In this document: positions 1 through 9,910 of the stretch, in pieces
Position numbering within the stretch: the first letter of the stretch is position 1
How the letters are laid out: every line of letters starts with the position of its first letter
Origin: Candidatus Latescibacterota bacterium
GTDB lineage: Bacteria > Latescibacterota > CBDEFO01
Reading direction: 5' to 3'
Assembly: GCA_965248755.1 (NCBI GenBank)
Contig: OZ252149.1
Coordinates: forward strand, 1,376,001-1,440,000
DNA length: 64,000 bases
Translations under genes and position numbers: made by a program
The notes under the pieces: model-generated
What the model was told of the DNA's origin: nothing
Seen by the model: only the letters and a program-made list of their open reading frames with translations
The model's database searches: none

Positions 1-285
1 TTCCTTCACCTCCTCTTTTGTCTGGTCGTGTATCCCAAGCGCAGATTCGAACACCGATCCCACAGGCCCGCCGACCTCCCTGCACGACATAATAGCTCCG
101 TCTATATCGCTTCGGGACAGAGCTGCTCTTATCTTGAGCATCAAGCTCCCTGTATTGGTGCTCGCCTTTCTCAGAGCCAAGAAACGTTCGACCACCACAG
201 CGATCATAATCATCGAGCATAAGACCAGTGGAATCGTGAGCCATCCGCCTTTGGCGGCAATCGCCAATAAGTTCAGTTCCTCCAT
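1..285 (-). CDS. MotA/TolQ/ExbB proton channel family protein (N-terminal part, runs off the window)
   Basis: Manual translation from ATG at 285 (GGAGGA RBS at 291-296): MEELNLLAIAAKGGWLTIPLVLCSMIMIAVVVERFLALRKA. The GGW..PL..CS....V..ER pattern is typical of ExbB/TolQ. Not in the ORF track. Confidence 0.85.
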   Translation of the reverse strand, partial: MEELNLLAIAAKGGWLTIPLVLCSMIMIAVVVERFLALRKASTNTGSLMLKIRAALSRSDIDGAIMSCREVGGPVGSVFESALGIHDQTKEEVKE

Positions 286-313
286 TTATTTCCTCCAGGT
301 TTTTTTCACTTAG

Positions 314-542
314 CCCGAATAATTCACAAGAAAAGGCCGTGTATTAATTAAGCGATTGTATTATATTATAGTTATACCGTTTAACGACCTTCGATGTCAT
401 TGCGAGCCGAAGGCGAAGCAATCTCGATTCTGTGGTAGATGTAATACTCTCCGGCTCTCATAGGAGATCACTATAAAACCTTAAGATTGCTTCGTCGCTT
501 TGCTCCTCGCAATGACTCCACCAAGTTTATGAATTAATCGGG
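314..542. mobile_element. MITE with imperfect terminal inverted repeats and 4-bp target duplication TTAG
   Basis: TTAG|CCCGAATAATTCACAA ... TTATGAATTAATCGGG|TTAG. Same TIR family as 54638-54800. Contains a REP pair. Confidence 0.75.
396..516. repeat. Inverted pair of CGTC-type REP-like palindromes
   Basis: GTCATTGCGAGCCGAAGGCGAAGCAATCTC (396-425) and AGATTGCTTCGTCGCTTTGCTCCTCGCAATGAC (484-516). Related copies at 32656, 47842/47896 and 57700/57755. Confidence 0.8.
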
Positions 543-630
543 TTAGAAGGCTAATACGCTAATAATGAATGGTGAGGGTTAGGAAGTACGTAGGGATATG
601 GGGATGCCCTGTTTACTGTCTACTAGTTTA

Positions 631-2274
631 CTACCAATTCCCCCTTACTCCTCCGTAGATCGCCAAGTCAGGCATATCATATCCTTCCCATACTTGATAT
701 TCCTCATCTAAAAGATTTTCGCCCCTTACAAAGACGGCAATATAAGAGCCGATGGTCTTGGAGGCCTCAATGCCGAGCAAAAAGTAAGAGCCCAGGGCTT
801 TCTCCGGCGAGATCGATGTGAACCTCTCATCTATCCACCGCGCGCTGACAGTGCCGTTGAAGCCCGAATAAGGACCGACGCTTAAGGAGCCTCCGAGCTC
901 CAAATCGGGAACATAAGGAACATCTCCAACGAGACCAGATGTGAACTCGGTGTCTCTAAAGAGTAGATCAGAAGAGAGCCTAAAACGCTCTGTCACATCT
1001 AGATCGAGCCGAGCCGAGGCCCATTTAGTCTCGATTGTACCGTCCTGACTCGTCGTCCAAAGCCTGACCTTGACCTTACTCGTATCCTCCCAGACTATAA
1101 AACGTTCTTCCTCCTGAAATCCCAAAGAGGCGTTGAAGTTCAGCTTATCCCCAATTGTCACCTCCAATCCCACCTCGCCGTTTGTCTTTATATCCGAAGA
1201 GATAGGAGCAGCCAAAGGATCTATAAACTGATTGAGCGAATATGCCCCGAAGAAATGCCCCCGTTTAACTTCAGGAGCGTAGCGGCCATAGACTCTGAAC
1301 TCCTTTGTGGGTTCGTAGTCGAACTGTGCGAACGGATATACCTTATTTTCTGACTCTCCTAGATCGGCATCGGACACAAAGAGAGCAGCTCCTCCTTTTA
1401 CACCCACTCCTACCTTCGAACTGTAACCTGCTGTGGCCTGAAACCTGAAAAACTGATTATCCCCATCTTTCGCATCCAGAACTCCTGTCCTGTCCAGAAA
1501 ATCTCCGGCGTATTCTAAATCCACATCGAATCTTAATCTGTCGATAAATTTATCAAAGCTCAAAGACGCTTCGAGCGTATTTTCACCTATGTCAATATCG
1601 CCTACGTCATCGGACAGACGATTCAGCGTCAGAAAAACCTCTGCCTCCAGATCTGCCGCTTTGTGAAGCTTCGGCTCTATCCCTATTTTGAATCTCCTTA
1701 CGTCCCTTTCTATGACTGGCGACGTCTTCCAAAGTTCGCTTGAGCCATCGTAGAAATCGACTTTAATCAAAACATCAGAAAGCCGAGATGGAGAGATCAG
1801 AACTTCCAAGGAAGCATCGTCTCTCCTGTAAGATGAATTGTCGACGTGCCCCCCGCTCAACACATTGTCAAAGTTGAAAAGGAGTGCCGCTTTCTCGAAG
1901 GTGTTTGCGTAAGCCAGTCCCGCCGCAAACGATGAAAAGTACCCTCCCTCGCTGTAGCCCCGGCCCGTTTTATTCCTTCTAGTCGGGAGTTCCTGTGTCA
2001 CGGACATTTTGGGCAAAAACTCCCTGCTTTTGATTGCGCCTTTTCCCCTGAACCTGTCTTCGAGACGACTGGGGAAACTGAACCCGACCGACAGCTCTCT
2101 CTTATCACCCGTTATTACGAAATCTATGCGCTCCACTCCATAGACCTCCATGCTCGGGAGTTCCAAGGACGGCAGGTCTTCTTTCTGCTCTGCCGCTCTG
2201 GATAGGGGGACCATAATTGTCAAGATCAACGCCGCAACGAAAATAACCCCCGTGAACCTGCAGTATCCTATCAC
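631..2274 (-). CDS. Outer-membrane beta-barrel, TonB-dependent-receptor-like
   Basis: Signal peptide, amphipathic beta strands, C-terminal VFVRGENLLDEEY...IYGGVRGNW ending in Trp. Operonic with the TPR protein and ExbB. Confidence 0.7.
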   Translation of the reverse strand: MIGYCRFTGVIFVAALILTIMVPLSRAAEQKEDLPSLELPSMEVYGVERIDFVITGDKRELSVGFSFPSRLEDRFRGKGAIKSREFLPKMSVTQELPTRRNKTGRGYSEGGYFSSFAAGLAYANTFEKAALLFNFDNVLSGGHVDNSSYRRDDASLEVLISPSRLSDVLIKVDFYDGSSELWKTSPVIERDVRRFKIGIEPKLHKAADLEAEVFLTLNRLSDDVGDIDIGENTLEASLSFDKFIDRLRFDVDLEYAGDFLDRTGVLDAKDGDNQFFRFQATAGYSSKVGVGVKGGAALFVSDADLGESENKVYPFAQFDYEPTKEFRVYGRYAPEVKRGHFFGAYSLNQFIDPLAAPISSDIKTNGEVGLEVTIGDKLNFNASLGFQEEERFIVWEDTSKVKVRLWTTSQDGTIETKWASARLDLDVTERFRLSSDLLFRDTEFTSGLVGDVPYVPDLELGGSLSVGPYSGFNGTVSARWIDERFTSISPEKALGSYFLLGIEASKTIGSYIAVFVRGENLLDEEYQVWEGYDMPDLAIYGGVRGNW

Positions 2275-5200
2275 TGTCCCTTTTCCAAGCTTTTCAGTTT
2301 AGTTTCCGCTTCCTTGCCGAATTTATCTCCCTCATGTCTTTTGAGAACATCCTTATATTGCTTCTTTGCGTCCTGGGGTCTGTTCAGATTTTCGTAACAT
2401 TGGCCTGTTTTAAGCTGTCCCTTTACGACCCATTCCTCATACGCAGGATATACATATTTTACCCTAAGGTAGTTCTCCAATGCCATTTTATATTTCCCCT
2501 TCATAAACTCAATGTCTCCAAGGAGATACTGGGCCTGGGACGCCAAATCGTCCGATCTTCTCTTTATCACCTGTGCTGCAGAGTCGGCAGCCTTATCGAA
2601 TTCTCTTTTGTCAATATAAAGCCTTGCAAGCTCCAATCTGGACCTATCGGCTGTTATGTGATTCGCGTTTCTGTCTATAGCCTCTAAAAACGCTGTCGCA
2701 GCCTCTAAAGGTCTGTTCATACGGGTGTACGCAAGCCCCAGACTGTAGCCAGCATCAAATGCGGACTCACTTTTCGAATATCTCCTGACTGTAAGCTTGA
2801 AGATCCTTATCGCACGGCTGTAATTTCCTTTGTTAAAGTATATCTCCCCCATTTCGTAGAGGGATCGCGGGGCAAGATCGTGATCGCGATGTTCATCTGT
2901 TATCACATCGAGCGAACCGATCGCCTTATTAGGTTGATCCAACTGAACGTAAGACCTCGCTATCCAGTATAAAGCATCCGGCACAAGTTCGCTTTCGGGA
3001 TATTTGGATACGATTGCTTGATATTGATCTATCGCCTCCCCAAATTTATTTACGCTGTAGTAGTAATCTGCCTTTGTCAGGTACAGATTCTCTGCGATCT
3101 TTTCCTCGGGATGCTCCAGGACAAACTTGTCCACAAAGTTCAGGGCGTCGCCCACTTCTCCCCCGCTGAAGTAGCTGTGCCATATTCCCATCACAGCGTC
3201 CCCGAGGTGATCGCTCTGGGGATAGTCCGAGGCGAGCCTCTTATATGCCGCGATCGCCTCATCTAACTTTCCCTGGTTGTAAAGCGAATTTCCTATTTCG
3301 TACTGCGCCCTGTGGGCTAGTTCGCTGGGAGGAGAAAACTGGATGACCTTTTCAAACTCTAATATAGCCCCGTCGAAGTCCTCTTGTCTGAAGTATGCCC
3401 GACCTATCATATACTGCGCGTCGTCTATTAACTTCGACTTGGGAAACTGAGTTATGAGCCTCCTGTACACCGATATGCTCTCTTTTAGCCTATCCAGACG
3501 AAAATTGCACTGACCTATTTGAAACACAGCCTGCTGGATGAAATCCTTGTCTCCTGACACCACTACTTTCCTGTACGCCTCTAATGCGGTCTCAAATTCC
3601 CCGGTGCTGAAATATGAATCGCCAATGCGGAACAAGGCGTCTTCAGATAGTTCCCCCTTGGGTGACATTTGGACCACCTTCTTGAAGCTATCTATGGCAT
3701 CTCTGGGCTTCCCTGCCTTGAAATGAGACCAGGCAAGACCATACAGCGCCTCAATCGCCTTAGGGCTTTCGGGATGTTTCTGCAAGAGCGCGCTGTAACC
3801 CTGGGCAGATCCCTCAAAGTCTTCCAGGTAATACATAGATTCCCCGATTAAGAATTGAGCATTCTGTGCCAGCTTATGATCGGGATACTCAGAAAGCAAC
3901 ATTCTGTGCAGGGTTACGTTGTCCCTGTACCTCTTCAACTTATAAAGGCACCATCCCGCTTGAAAGAGGGCAACAGGATGTCTGTCCGACTCAGGAAACT
4001 TATCTATAACCGTTCTGTACGGCCCCAGAGCTTTCTCAAATTCTCCCGCGGCTACGTAGCTTTCACCGATCATCGAATATGCCTGTGGGAGGAGTTCGCT
4101 CTGGGGGAATTGGTGGATAATCTTTGAAAAGCGCGCTATAGATCGCACATACTGCTTTGCATCGAATTCCATTAAGCCCATCTCATAGATCGCATCGTCA
4201 GCCAAATCGCTTTGAGGATAGTCCACTACCACCTTTTTCAGGGCCGTGAAAGCCGCCTTTATGTCCCCGTCCAGTATGAAGACTGTCCCCATGTGGAAAT
4301 ACGCCTTGTCCAGAAGATCGGAGCTTGAGAACCTTGAGACCAGTCTTCCGAAGGATTCTGCCGCCATCCGGTAGTTTTTCTCCTCAAAGTAGGACCAGCC
4401 AGTAGCATACAGGGAGCGAGGAGCGGGCAGAGAATCAGGAAACTCGTCATAGAGGACTTTGTAGTAGTTCCTTGCACGGGGGTATTCCCCAAGCTGATAG
4501 GAGGATTCTCCCATTACATAGTATCCCTCTGCGACTATATTCTCCTCAGATATGATATTTATTACCCCTTCAATAGCCTCGATCGAACCTTCGTAATCCC
4601 CCATTTCAAAGAGGGATTCTCCCATTTTGAATCTACACATGGATACCGGTTCGCTGGTGGGTAACTTTTCCACAACTTCTAAATAAGCTCTCACAGCCTT
4701 TTCGTACTGTCCCAATTCCTGATAGGTCCATCCCAGCGAATAGAGGGCGTAAGGAGCGACAGCGCTGTCCAGATAGCTATCCGCTACAATCTTATAGTAT
4801 TGAGCAGCCGATTCCAAGTCGTTCAGATTATAGGAAGACTCGCCGATCCAGTAGTTGGCATCTGCCGTAAATTCACTTTGAGGGAATTGAGCGATTAAAT
4901 TTCTGAAGGTCTTTATAGAGTTGTCATAATCGCTCGTCCTGAAAAAGCACTGTCCTCTCCTGTAGAAGGTGTCGTCCGAGAGCTTGTCCTTTTTGAAATC
5001 TAAATTGAACTTTTGATATACATGCAGCGCTCGTTTGTAATTTCCCAAGTTGAAATAGCATTCTCCTATCAAGAACCTGGCACTGGCAAGCTTATCGCTT
5101 TTGGAATAGTTTCGGACAAACTCCCTGAGCTTTTCGATAGATAACTTATAGTTCCTGTCCTTATAGAGACCGTAAGCAAACTTGTAGTCGTTGTCTTCTC

Positions 5201-5282
5201 CAGCGCTGAATTGAGGTGCAGCCTCTGAAGAGGTGAACAATAGAGTCAAAACTGTAAATATGAGTACCATACAATCTTTCAT
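2271..5282 (-). CDS. Large secreted tetratricopeptide-repeat protein (BamD/CpoB-like TPRs)
   Basis: Over 20 TPR-like units (A.Y..G..Y...G....A...F.....P.S) after a signal peptide. The ORF track starts at 5309; ATG 5282 is more likely. Confidence 0.9.
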   Translation of the reverse strand: MKDCMVLIFTVLTLLFTSSEAAPQFSAGEDNDYKFAYGLYKDRNYKLSIEKLREFVRNYSKSDKLASARFLIGECYFNLGNYKRALHVYQKFNLDFKKDKLSDDTFYRRGQCFFRTSDYDNSIKTFRNLIAQFPQSEFTADANYWIGESSYNLNDLESAAQYYKIVADSYLDSAVAPYALYSLGWTYQELGQYEKAVRAYLEVVEKLPTSEPVSMCRFKMGESLFEMGDYEGSIEAIEGVINIISEENIVAEGYYVMGESSYQLGEYPRARNYYKVLYDEFPDSLPAPRSLYATGWSYFEEKNYRMAAESFGRLVSRFSSSDLLDKAYFHMGTVFILDGDIKAAFTALKKVVVDYPQSDLADDAIYEMGLMEFDAKQYVRSIARFSKIIHQFPQSELLPQAYSMIGESYVAAGEFEKALGPYRTVIDKFPESDRHPVALFQAGWCLYKLKRYRDNVTLHRMLLSEYPDHKLAQNAQFLIGESMYYLEDFEGSAQGYSALLQKHPESPKAIEALYGLAWSHFKAGKPRDAIDSFKKVVQMSPKGELSEDALFRIGDSYFSTGEFETALEAYRKVVVSGDKDFIQQAVFQIGQCNFRLDRLKESISVYRRLITQFPKSKLIDDAQYMIGRAYFRQEDFDGAILEFEKVIQFSPPSELAHRAQYEIGNSLYNQGKLDEAIAAYKRLASDYPQSDHLGDAVMGIWHSYFSGGEVGDALNFVDKFVLEHPEEKIAENLYLTKADYYYSVNKFGEAIDQYQAIVSKYPESELVPDALYWIARSYVQLDQPNKAIGSLDVITDEHRDHDLAPRSLYEMGEIYFNKGNYSRAIRIFKLTVRRYSKSESAFDAGYSLGLAYTRMNRPLEAATAFLEAIDRNANHITADRSRLELARLYIDKREFDKAADSAAQVIKRRSDDLASQAQYLLGDIEFMKGKYKMALENYLRVKYVYPAYEEWVVKGQLKTGQCYENLNRPQDAKKQYKDVLKRHEGDKFGKEAETKLKSLEKGQ

Positions 5283-5637
5283 AGAGACCTTGCGGACATT
5301 CAGGGGCACACTAATGTATCTGCCTTCTCAATACGGACAACTCAGAGGCGAACCGCTTCGTGGGTTGTTGCCGGCTCCTCGTCTGCCCTGCCCGCATTGT
5401 GGGTTGCTGCCACATCTCCTGCCCACTGCCACAGGCGTTCACCCCCACACAGAAATGAAAAAAAGCAAGGAAAAAACTCTTGCCGCTTGATCCTGAAGAT
5501 AACGGCTTTGGCATCTCCCTGCTTATTCTGTTATCAGTTTAAGGACAACCGCTTTGTCCTTATGAGGATAAAGGGCAATCGAAGTCAACTCCCCTCGGAA
5601 TAGATAGCAGCCCTATGCCTATCCTGCGGTGAACACT

Positions 5638-5973
5638 TTAAGAATCTGAACCCAACACAGATTCAACTTTATCCACCAACTGCTTCTTCGGAACAGCGCC
5701 TATTATCTGATCTGCTACTTTGCCGTCTTTGAAAAAGAGCAGTGTAGGTATGCTTCGAATATTGTACTTCATCGCTGTGCTCTGCTCCGAGTCCACATCT
5801 ATCTTACCGACTTTCAGCCTTCCACTGTACTCTTGGGCTAATTCTCCAACAATAGGAGACACCATGCGGCAGGGACCGCACCACTCAGCCCAGAAGTCTA
5901 TCAACACCGGATGTGAGGATTTCAAAACTTCCTCCTCGAAATTGTCATCGGTCAAGACTATCGGTTCTCCCAA
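5638..5973 (-). CDS. trxA: Thioredoxin
   Basis: DFWAEWCGPC and SIPTLLFFKDG motifs. TTG start at 5973 after an AAGGCGGTG RBS-like sequence (ORF track starts at 6027). Confidence 0.95.
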   Translation of the reverse strand: MGEPIVLTDDNFEEEVLKSSHPVLIDFWAEWCGPCRMVSPIVGELAQEYSGRLKVGKIDVDSEQSTAMKYNIRSIPTLLFFKDGKVADQIIGAVPKKQLVDKVESVLGSDS

Positions 5974-6190
5974 CTTTTTCACCGCCTTTCCATAAACTTT
6001 GTCTGTCTGAACAAGCTCGATATACACTCATATTTAGTATACAAGGTTTTCATCCTGATGTCAAGATCAAAACCTCTGTACTCATAGAATCTACTCTATA
6101 ATACAAAAATGGTTTGCTTTAGTCAAAGCGGTTTTATATATTACAGTTGCGAAAGCGGAACAATTTGGATAATACAGCACGGAGGGATCA

Positions 6191-6652
6191 ATGACAGAAA
6201 CTGAAACGATGGTAGGTGTTCATCACGTGAGCTTCACTGTGAGCAAACTGGAGCGAGCAGTTGCCTTTTATCGGGACATCCTGGGGATGGAAATGATACT
6301 CCAGCAGGACGCAAGCAGTGAATATGTTAAGAAGATTGTCGCTTTTCCCAACGCCTATTTGAGGCAGGCTTTTCTAAAATTGCCCGGCCAGTCCCATATA
6401 TGTTTAGAGTTGATAGAATACGAAGAACCGAAGGGAACTCCCGTAGACATGAAAACATGCAATCCCGGAAGCGCTCACCTGTGCTTTATTGTTGACGATC
6501 TGTTAAAGGTTTACGACGATCTGAAGAGCAAAAACGTTCGTTTTAAGTCGGAGCCTGTCACTATCGATGCGGGCACAAATAGGGGAGCACATGCTGTCTA
6601 TTTCCTAGATCCTGACGACATTACCCTGGAGTTACTTCAGCCTCCAAAATAA
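6191..6652 (+). CDS. VOC/glyoxalase family protein
   Basis: HHVSFTV, LELIEY, HLCFIVDD and YFLDPDDITLELLQ metal-binding motifs. GGAGG RBS. Confidence 0.9.
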   Translation: MTETETMVGVHHVSFTVSKLERAVAFYRDILGMEMILQQDASSEYVKKIVAFPNAYLRQAFLKLPGQSHICLELIEYEEPKGTPVDMKTCNPGSAHLCFIVDDLLKVYDDLKSKNVRFKSEPVTIDAGTNRGAHAVYFLDPDDITLELLQPPK

Positions 6653-6669
6653 GTGGACAGTAGTGGTTA

Positions 6670-7032
6670 TTAGTCATATGAAATCGGAACGCTTCCCTTG
6701 GGTATTTGATTGATCTTGCATGATAGCTCTTTGATGATCTCAGGCTCTTGGTCCTTTTCAAAATGGATGTATAACTCTTGTTCTTTTGGATTCCGTTCAT
6801 CCACGAAAAAGCATTTGATGTAAGAGGAGTGAGGAAACACTTTCTCATCTAAGACCTCCTCGATAGAATCAATCGGGGATAAATGCTTTGTCTGTCTGTA
6901 CCGTGTCCTGTTGAACCTATCTTTCAACATAGACTTGAAAAAAAATCTTGCTTCGTTTGGATCCTTCTGTTTGGGGAGTGTAACCGTTGTATCGTTGGGA
7001 TGCAGTTTAGACCATTGAAATCTCTGATACAC
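6670..7032 (-). CDS. Hypothetical protein, possibly the 3' part of a frameshifted gene beginning at 7133
   Basis: 120-aa ORF overlapping a 69-aa upstream ORF across a T8 run (6938-6945). Carries an in-frame mini-hairpin repeat. Confidence 0.35.
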   Translation of the reverse strand: MYQRFQWSKLHPNDTTVTLPKQKDPNEARFFFKSMLKDRFNRTRYRQTKHLSPIDSIEEVLDEKVFPHSSYIKCFFVDERNPKEQELYIHFEKDQEPEIIKELSCKINQIPKGSVPISYD

Positions 7033-7225
7033 TTCTTGTAGGCTTTCAAACCCGGTTCTGTTCCAGAACCTTCCGGCAAACTAAGAACTGCCGCCTTTAT
7101 TACATGAGCACATGTCCAGCGTTCTGATTTCATCTGATATTTAACCGTTACGCAGCGGTATTCAGTGGAAGGAACTTTCCCGATGTTGAAGCAGGTTCGT
7201 ATTCCCGCATGATTGCCCCCGAGGA

Positions 7226-7402
7226 TTGTTCGTGGAACACACGCATAATTGGATCAATCGCTTCCGACGTGTGCTAATTCGATGGGAAAAGAAGGTGGCG
7301 AACTACTCAGCTTTCCTCCATCTGGCGTTTGCCTACGTCTCGATGCGTGCTGCACAAGCTCCGGAGGAAGGCCAATCCTTACTATGGTTTTCGGATAGGC
7401 TC
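7226..7402 (+). mobile_element. IS5-family transposase C-terminal remnant with right end
   Basis: VEHTHNWINRFRRVLIRWEKKVANYSAFLHLA matches the VER...W...RRL..RYE..A.NY signature. Followed by the IR-like TTTTCGGATAGGCTC. Confidence 0.8.
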
Positions 7403-7831
7403 ATGGACGGTTTGGGCAAGAATTGAATCTATCACAATCCAGGTTGTCGTTTTCGGATTAGTAAGCTCTACCTTTAACACATTCTCTCCTTCAGGTCAAC
7501 AGAAATTCTGACTTTTCTTTGATTTTTCTGGCCTTTTGGCAAATTTCTCCCTTTACCCCTGCCTCGGCGGCACAAGCGGCAGGCGCAACTATAGCCAGAA
7601 GCCACGTGAGAGGAACAGCACCACTGATTTACTCCTGAACACGAGGCGGATGACATGCACCGCCACCAACCCTCCGAGAGCGTCCTGCTATCAGTCAGGG
7701 TTCTTGGCCTTGGACCTATGCACAGAGGAGGGTCATGAGCGGAATATTAGAGATCACAACTGCGCCGAGACCATCCGATACGCGGAGAAGACCCCGGGCT
7801 AGAACCATAAGCGTCCTTAGTGTTATTCTCT

Positions 7832-9817
7832 TCAGAAGACCCCGAGCGGATTGAGCCTCATCCCTGTGAAGTAATCTATCGTGAGCCACGTCGCTGCCAC
7901 GACCATCTGCCCTAAGATCAGACCCAAAAAGAAAGGTCGAGTCTTTCTGAATACTGCAGCGCCGCCGTACTTGATTATGATCACCTTGAAGAACCACGCC
8001 AAGAAGACATTAAGCCACATCTGATTTATTAAGTAAACGGGACTGATCACGTAGCCGATGGGATGGATAGGCCACCATATAAAGCGGTATCGGAGAAAGC
8101 TCAAAAGGCCCATAACAGATGCCCCTATGCCGGTGGCTATCCATCCTCCGATGTTGGGAGTAAGGGCCCCTGCTACCCTTGAGGTTATGTAGTCGAACGG
8201 TTCTCGCGGAGCCCCGCCAAAAAACCAGGAGTAGAGGTTGATTCCGCCTTCCTGGTATGCAATTTTTAAGACCATCCACATCGATCCTGCCAGGCTCACG
8301 ACGATGGAAAGCATCATCGCCCAGAAGAGCGGCCTTCTATTACCTTGGACCACATTGATCAACTTGAGCCCGTTGGCGCACGAAGCCATGACGAACGTCC
8401 TCAACTCACCGTGCCAGGCGTGTGTGTACGCCAGCGCGACCAATCCTTTAGGTCCTAAAACTGTGGTCCCAAGCCCCGATACCACGAAGTCAGAACCCAG
8501 TATAGGCGGCCGCATATCAGGCATCCCTCCCTCTGATACTACCCGAGTCATTCCTATAAAGATAACAAAGGCAACAAAGACGAATATGGGGACGATCCAG
8601 AGGGGCATTCCGGTAGTCCACAGCCAAAAGCCTATAAAAAGGAGCCCTAAAACCATGCCGAAGAAAGCGGTCCGGTAAGATAGAATCTCGTCCGAGTCGT
8701 CCACGTTTGGGTCGTTCTTGAATGCCTTCCTGAGGACGCCCTTTAGGTGCTCCCGACCTGTCCACAGTCCTAACATGACAAAGACTATTATAGCTCCCAT
8801 GCCCTGATGGAGCAGGTACGGTGACGAGGCCCAGGTGTAAGCATAGAGGCTCATTATCTGGGGGCTGTGGAAACCTATTATTTTGAATATGCCGTGCTCC
8901 ACGTTGGCCAACAGGGAGAAGGACCAAATCGCAAGGGCGATGTCGCGGGGTATAAGATAGACGAATCCTATAATATGAAAGCGGAGATCGAAATGAATGT
9001 TGATTGCGTTGCGAAACATGGACATATTGGCGAAAAGGTCTATATCTGGAACGAACGGATAGTACCCATGGAGGGCATCTACACTGTCTATGACAAAAGG
9101 GATGGCAAATCCAAGCCACATAACGGGGCTTTTGAAAAATGGCGCAAGATAACCACTCTTATCGTCCCTTATCATTTCCATAGGTGTCTGAATCAGCGGA
9201 TAGATCACCCTTTCCCTCTCTACCCACTGCCTCCTTAAGATCACCATTATGCATATCATCACAAAATAAAGGACAATGGCAAAGGAAGACCAGTACAAAA
9301 GGGGCCTAATCCACATCCCCCAGGGTATCGTCTCTCCCGCAGGAAGACCTTCGTAGAAATATTTAATATACTCTGGATCTCGAGGGGAAATCCAGTCAGG
9401 GATATACGGATGGATCAGATTCACCCAGTCGTTCTCAGGTGTAGCGTAGTAGTATACACCCACGATTGCCGGAAGTAGGTGTTCGGTGAGGCCTACAGCC
9501 ACTATGGACGAAGCTACGATCATCATAATGTAGATCGTAACTAACTCGGTGGATTCAAACTCGATTCCCCTTTTGGTCAGCTTCAAAAGGGTGTTTACTA
9601 TCCCTACGAAGATAAATAGAAGGAAGAGAGCTCCACCGGTGCTGAACGTACCAGCCATCCAGGAGCCCATGATCAGGGAATCGCTGTATGGGGCGGCTAT
9701 GGATATGAAAAACGAGAGTCCTGCTCCCACAACGAAAGATCTAACGGTAAAACGTCGAGGCGGTCTGTCCTGGCTAACGGTACGATCAGTCTTGAAATCC
9801 TCAGTCCTTGTCCCCAT
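7832..9817 (-). CDS. DUF6785/DUF6784-type polytopic membrane protein (putative OPT-like peptide transporter), copy 1
   Basis: LRRQWVERERVIYPL and WWPIHPIGY motifs, many TM helices. ATG 9817 gives 661 aa, the same length as copy 2. Confidence 0.75.
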   Translation of the reverse strand: MGTRTEDFKTDRTVSQDRPPRRFTVRSFVVGAGLSFFISIAAPYSDSLIMGSWMAGTFSTGGALFLLFIFVGIVNTLLKLTKRGIEFESTELVTIYIMMIVASSIVAVGLTEHLLPAIVGVYYYATPENDWVNLIHPYIPDWISPRDPEYIKYFYEGLPAGETIPWGMWIRPLLYWSSFAIVLYFVMICIMVILRRQWVERERVIYPLIQTPMEMIRDDKSGYLAPFFKSPVMWLGFAIPFVIDSVDALHGYYPFVPDIDLFANMSMFRNAINIHFDLRFHIIGFVYLIPRDIALAIWSFSLLANVEHGIFKIIGFHSPQIMSLYAYTWASSPYLLHQGMGAIIVFVMLGLWTGREHLKGVLRKAFKNDPNVDDSDEILSYRTAFFGMVLGLLFIGFWLWTTGMPLWIVPIFVFVAFVIFIGMTRVVSEGGMPDMRPPILGSDFVVSGLGTTVLGPKGLVALAYTHAWHGELRTFVMASCANGLKLINVVQGNRRPLFWAMMLSIVVSLAGSMWMVLKIAYQEGGINLYSWFFGGAPREPFDYITSRVAGALTPNIGGWIATGIGASVMGLLSFLRYRFIWWPIHPIGYVISPVYLINQMWLNVFLAWFFKVIIIKYGGAAVFRKTRPFFLGLILGQMVVAATWLTIDYFTGMRLNPLGVF

Positions 9818-9910
9818 AAATGGACGGTCCTCATCGCTTTGACGCGATATATAAGCTACTATGGAATGCACCAGTTGCTTGTATTTGCAGGTGTCTTGGC
9901 GTTATTTTCT

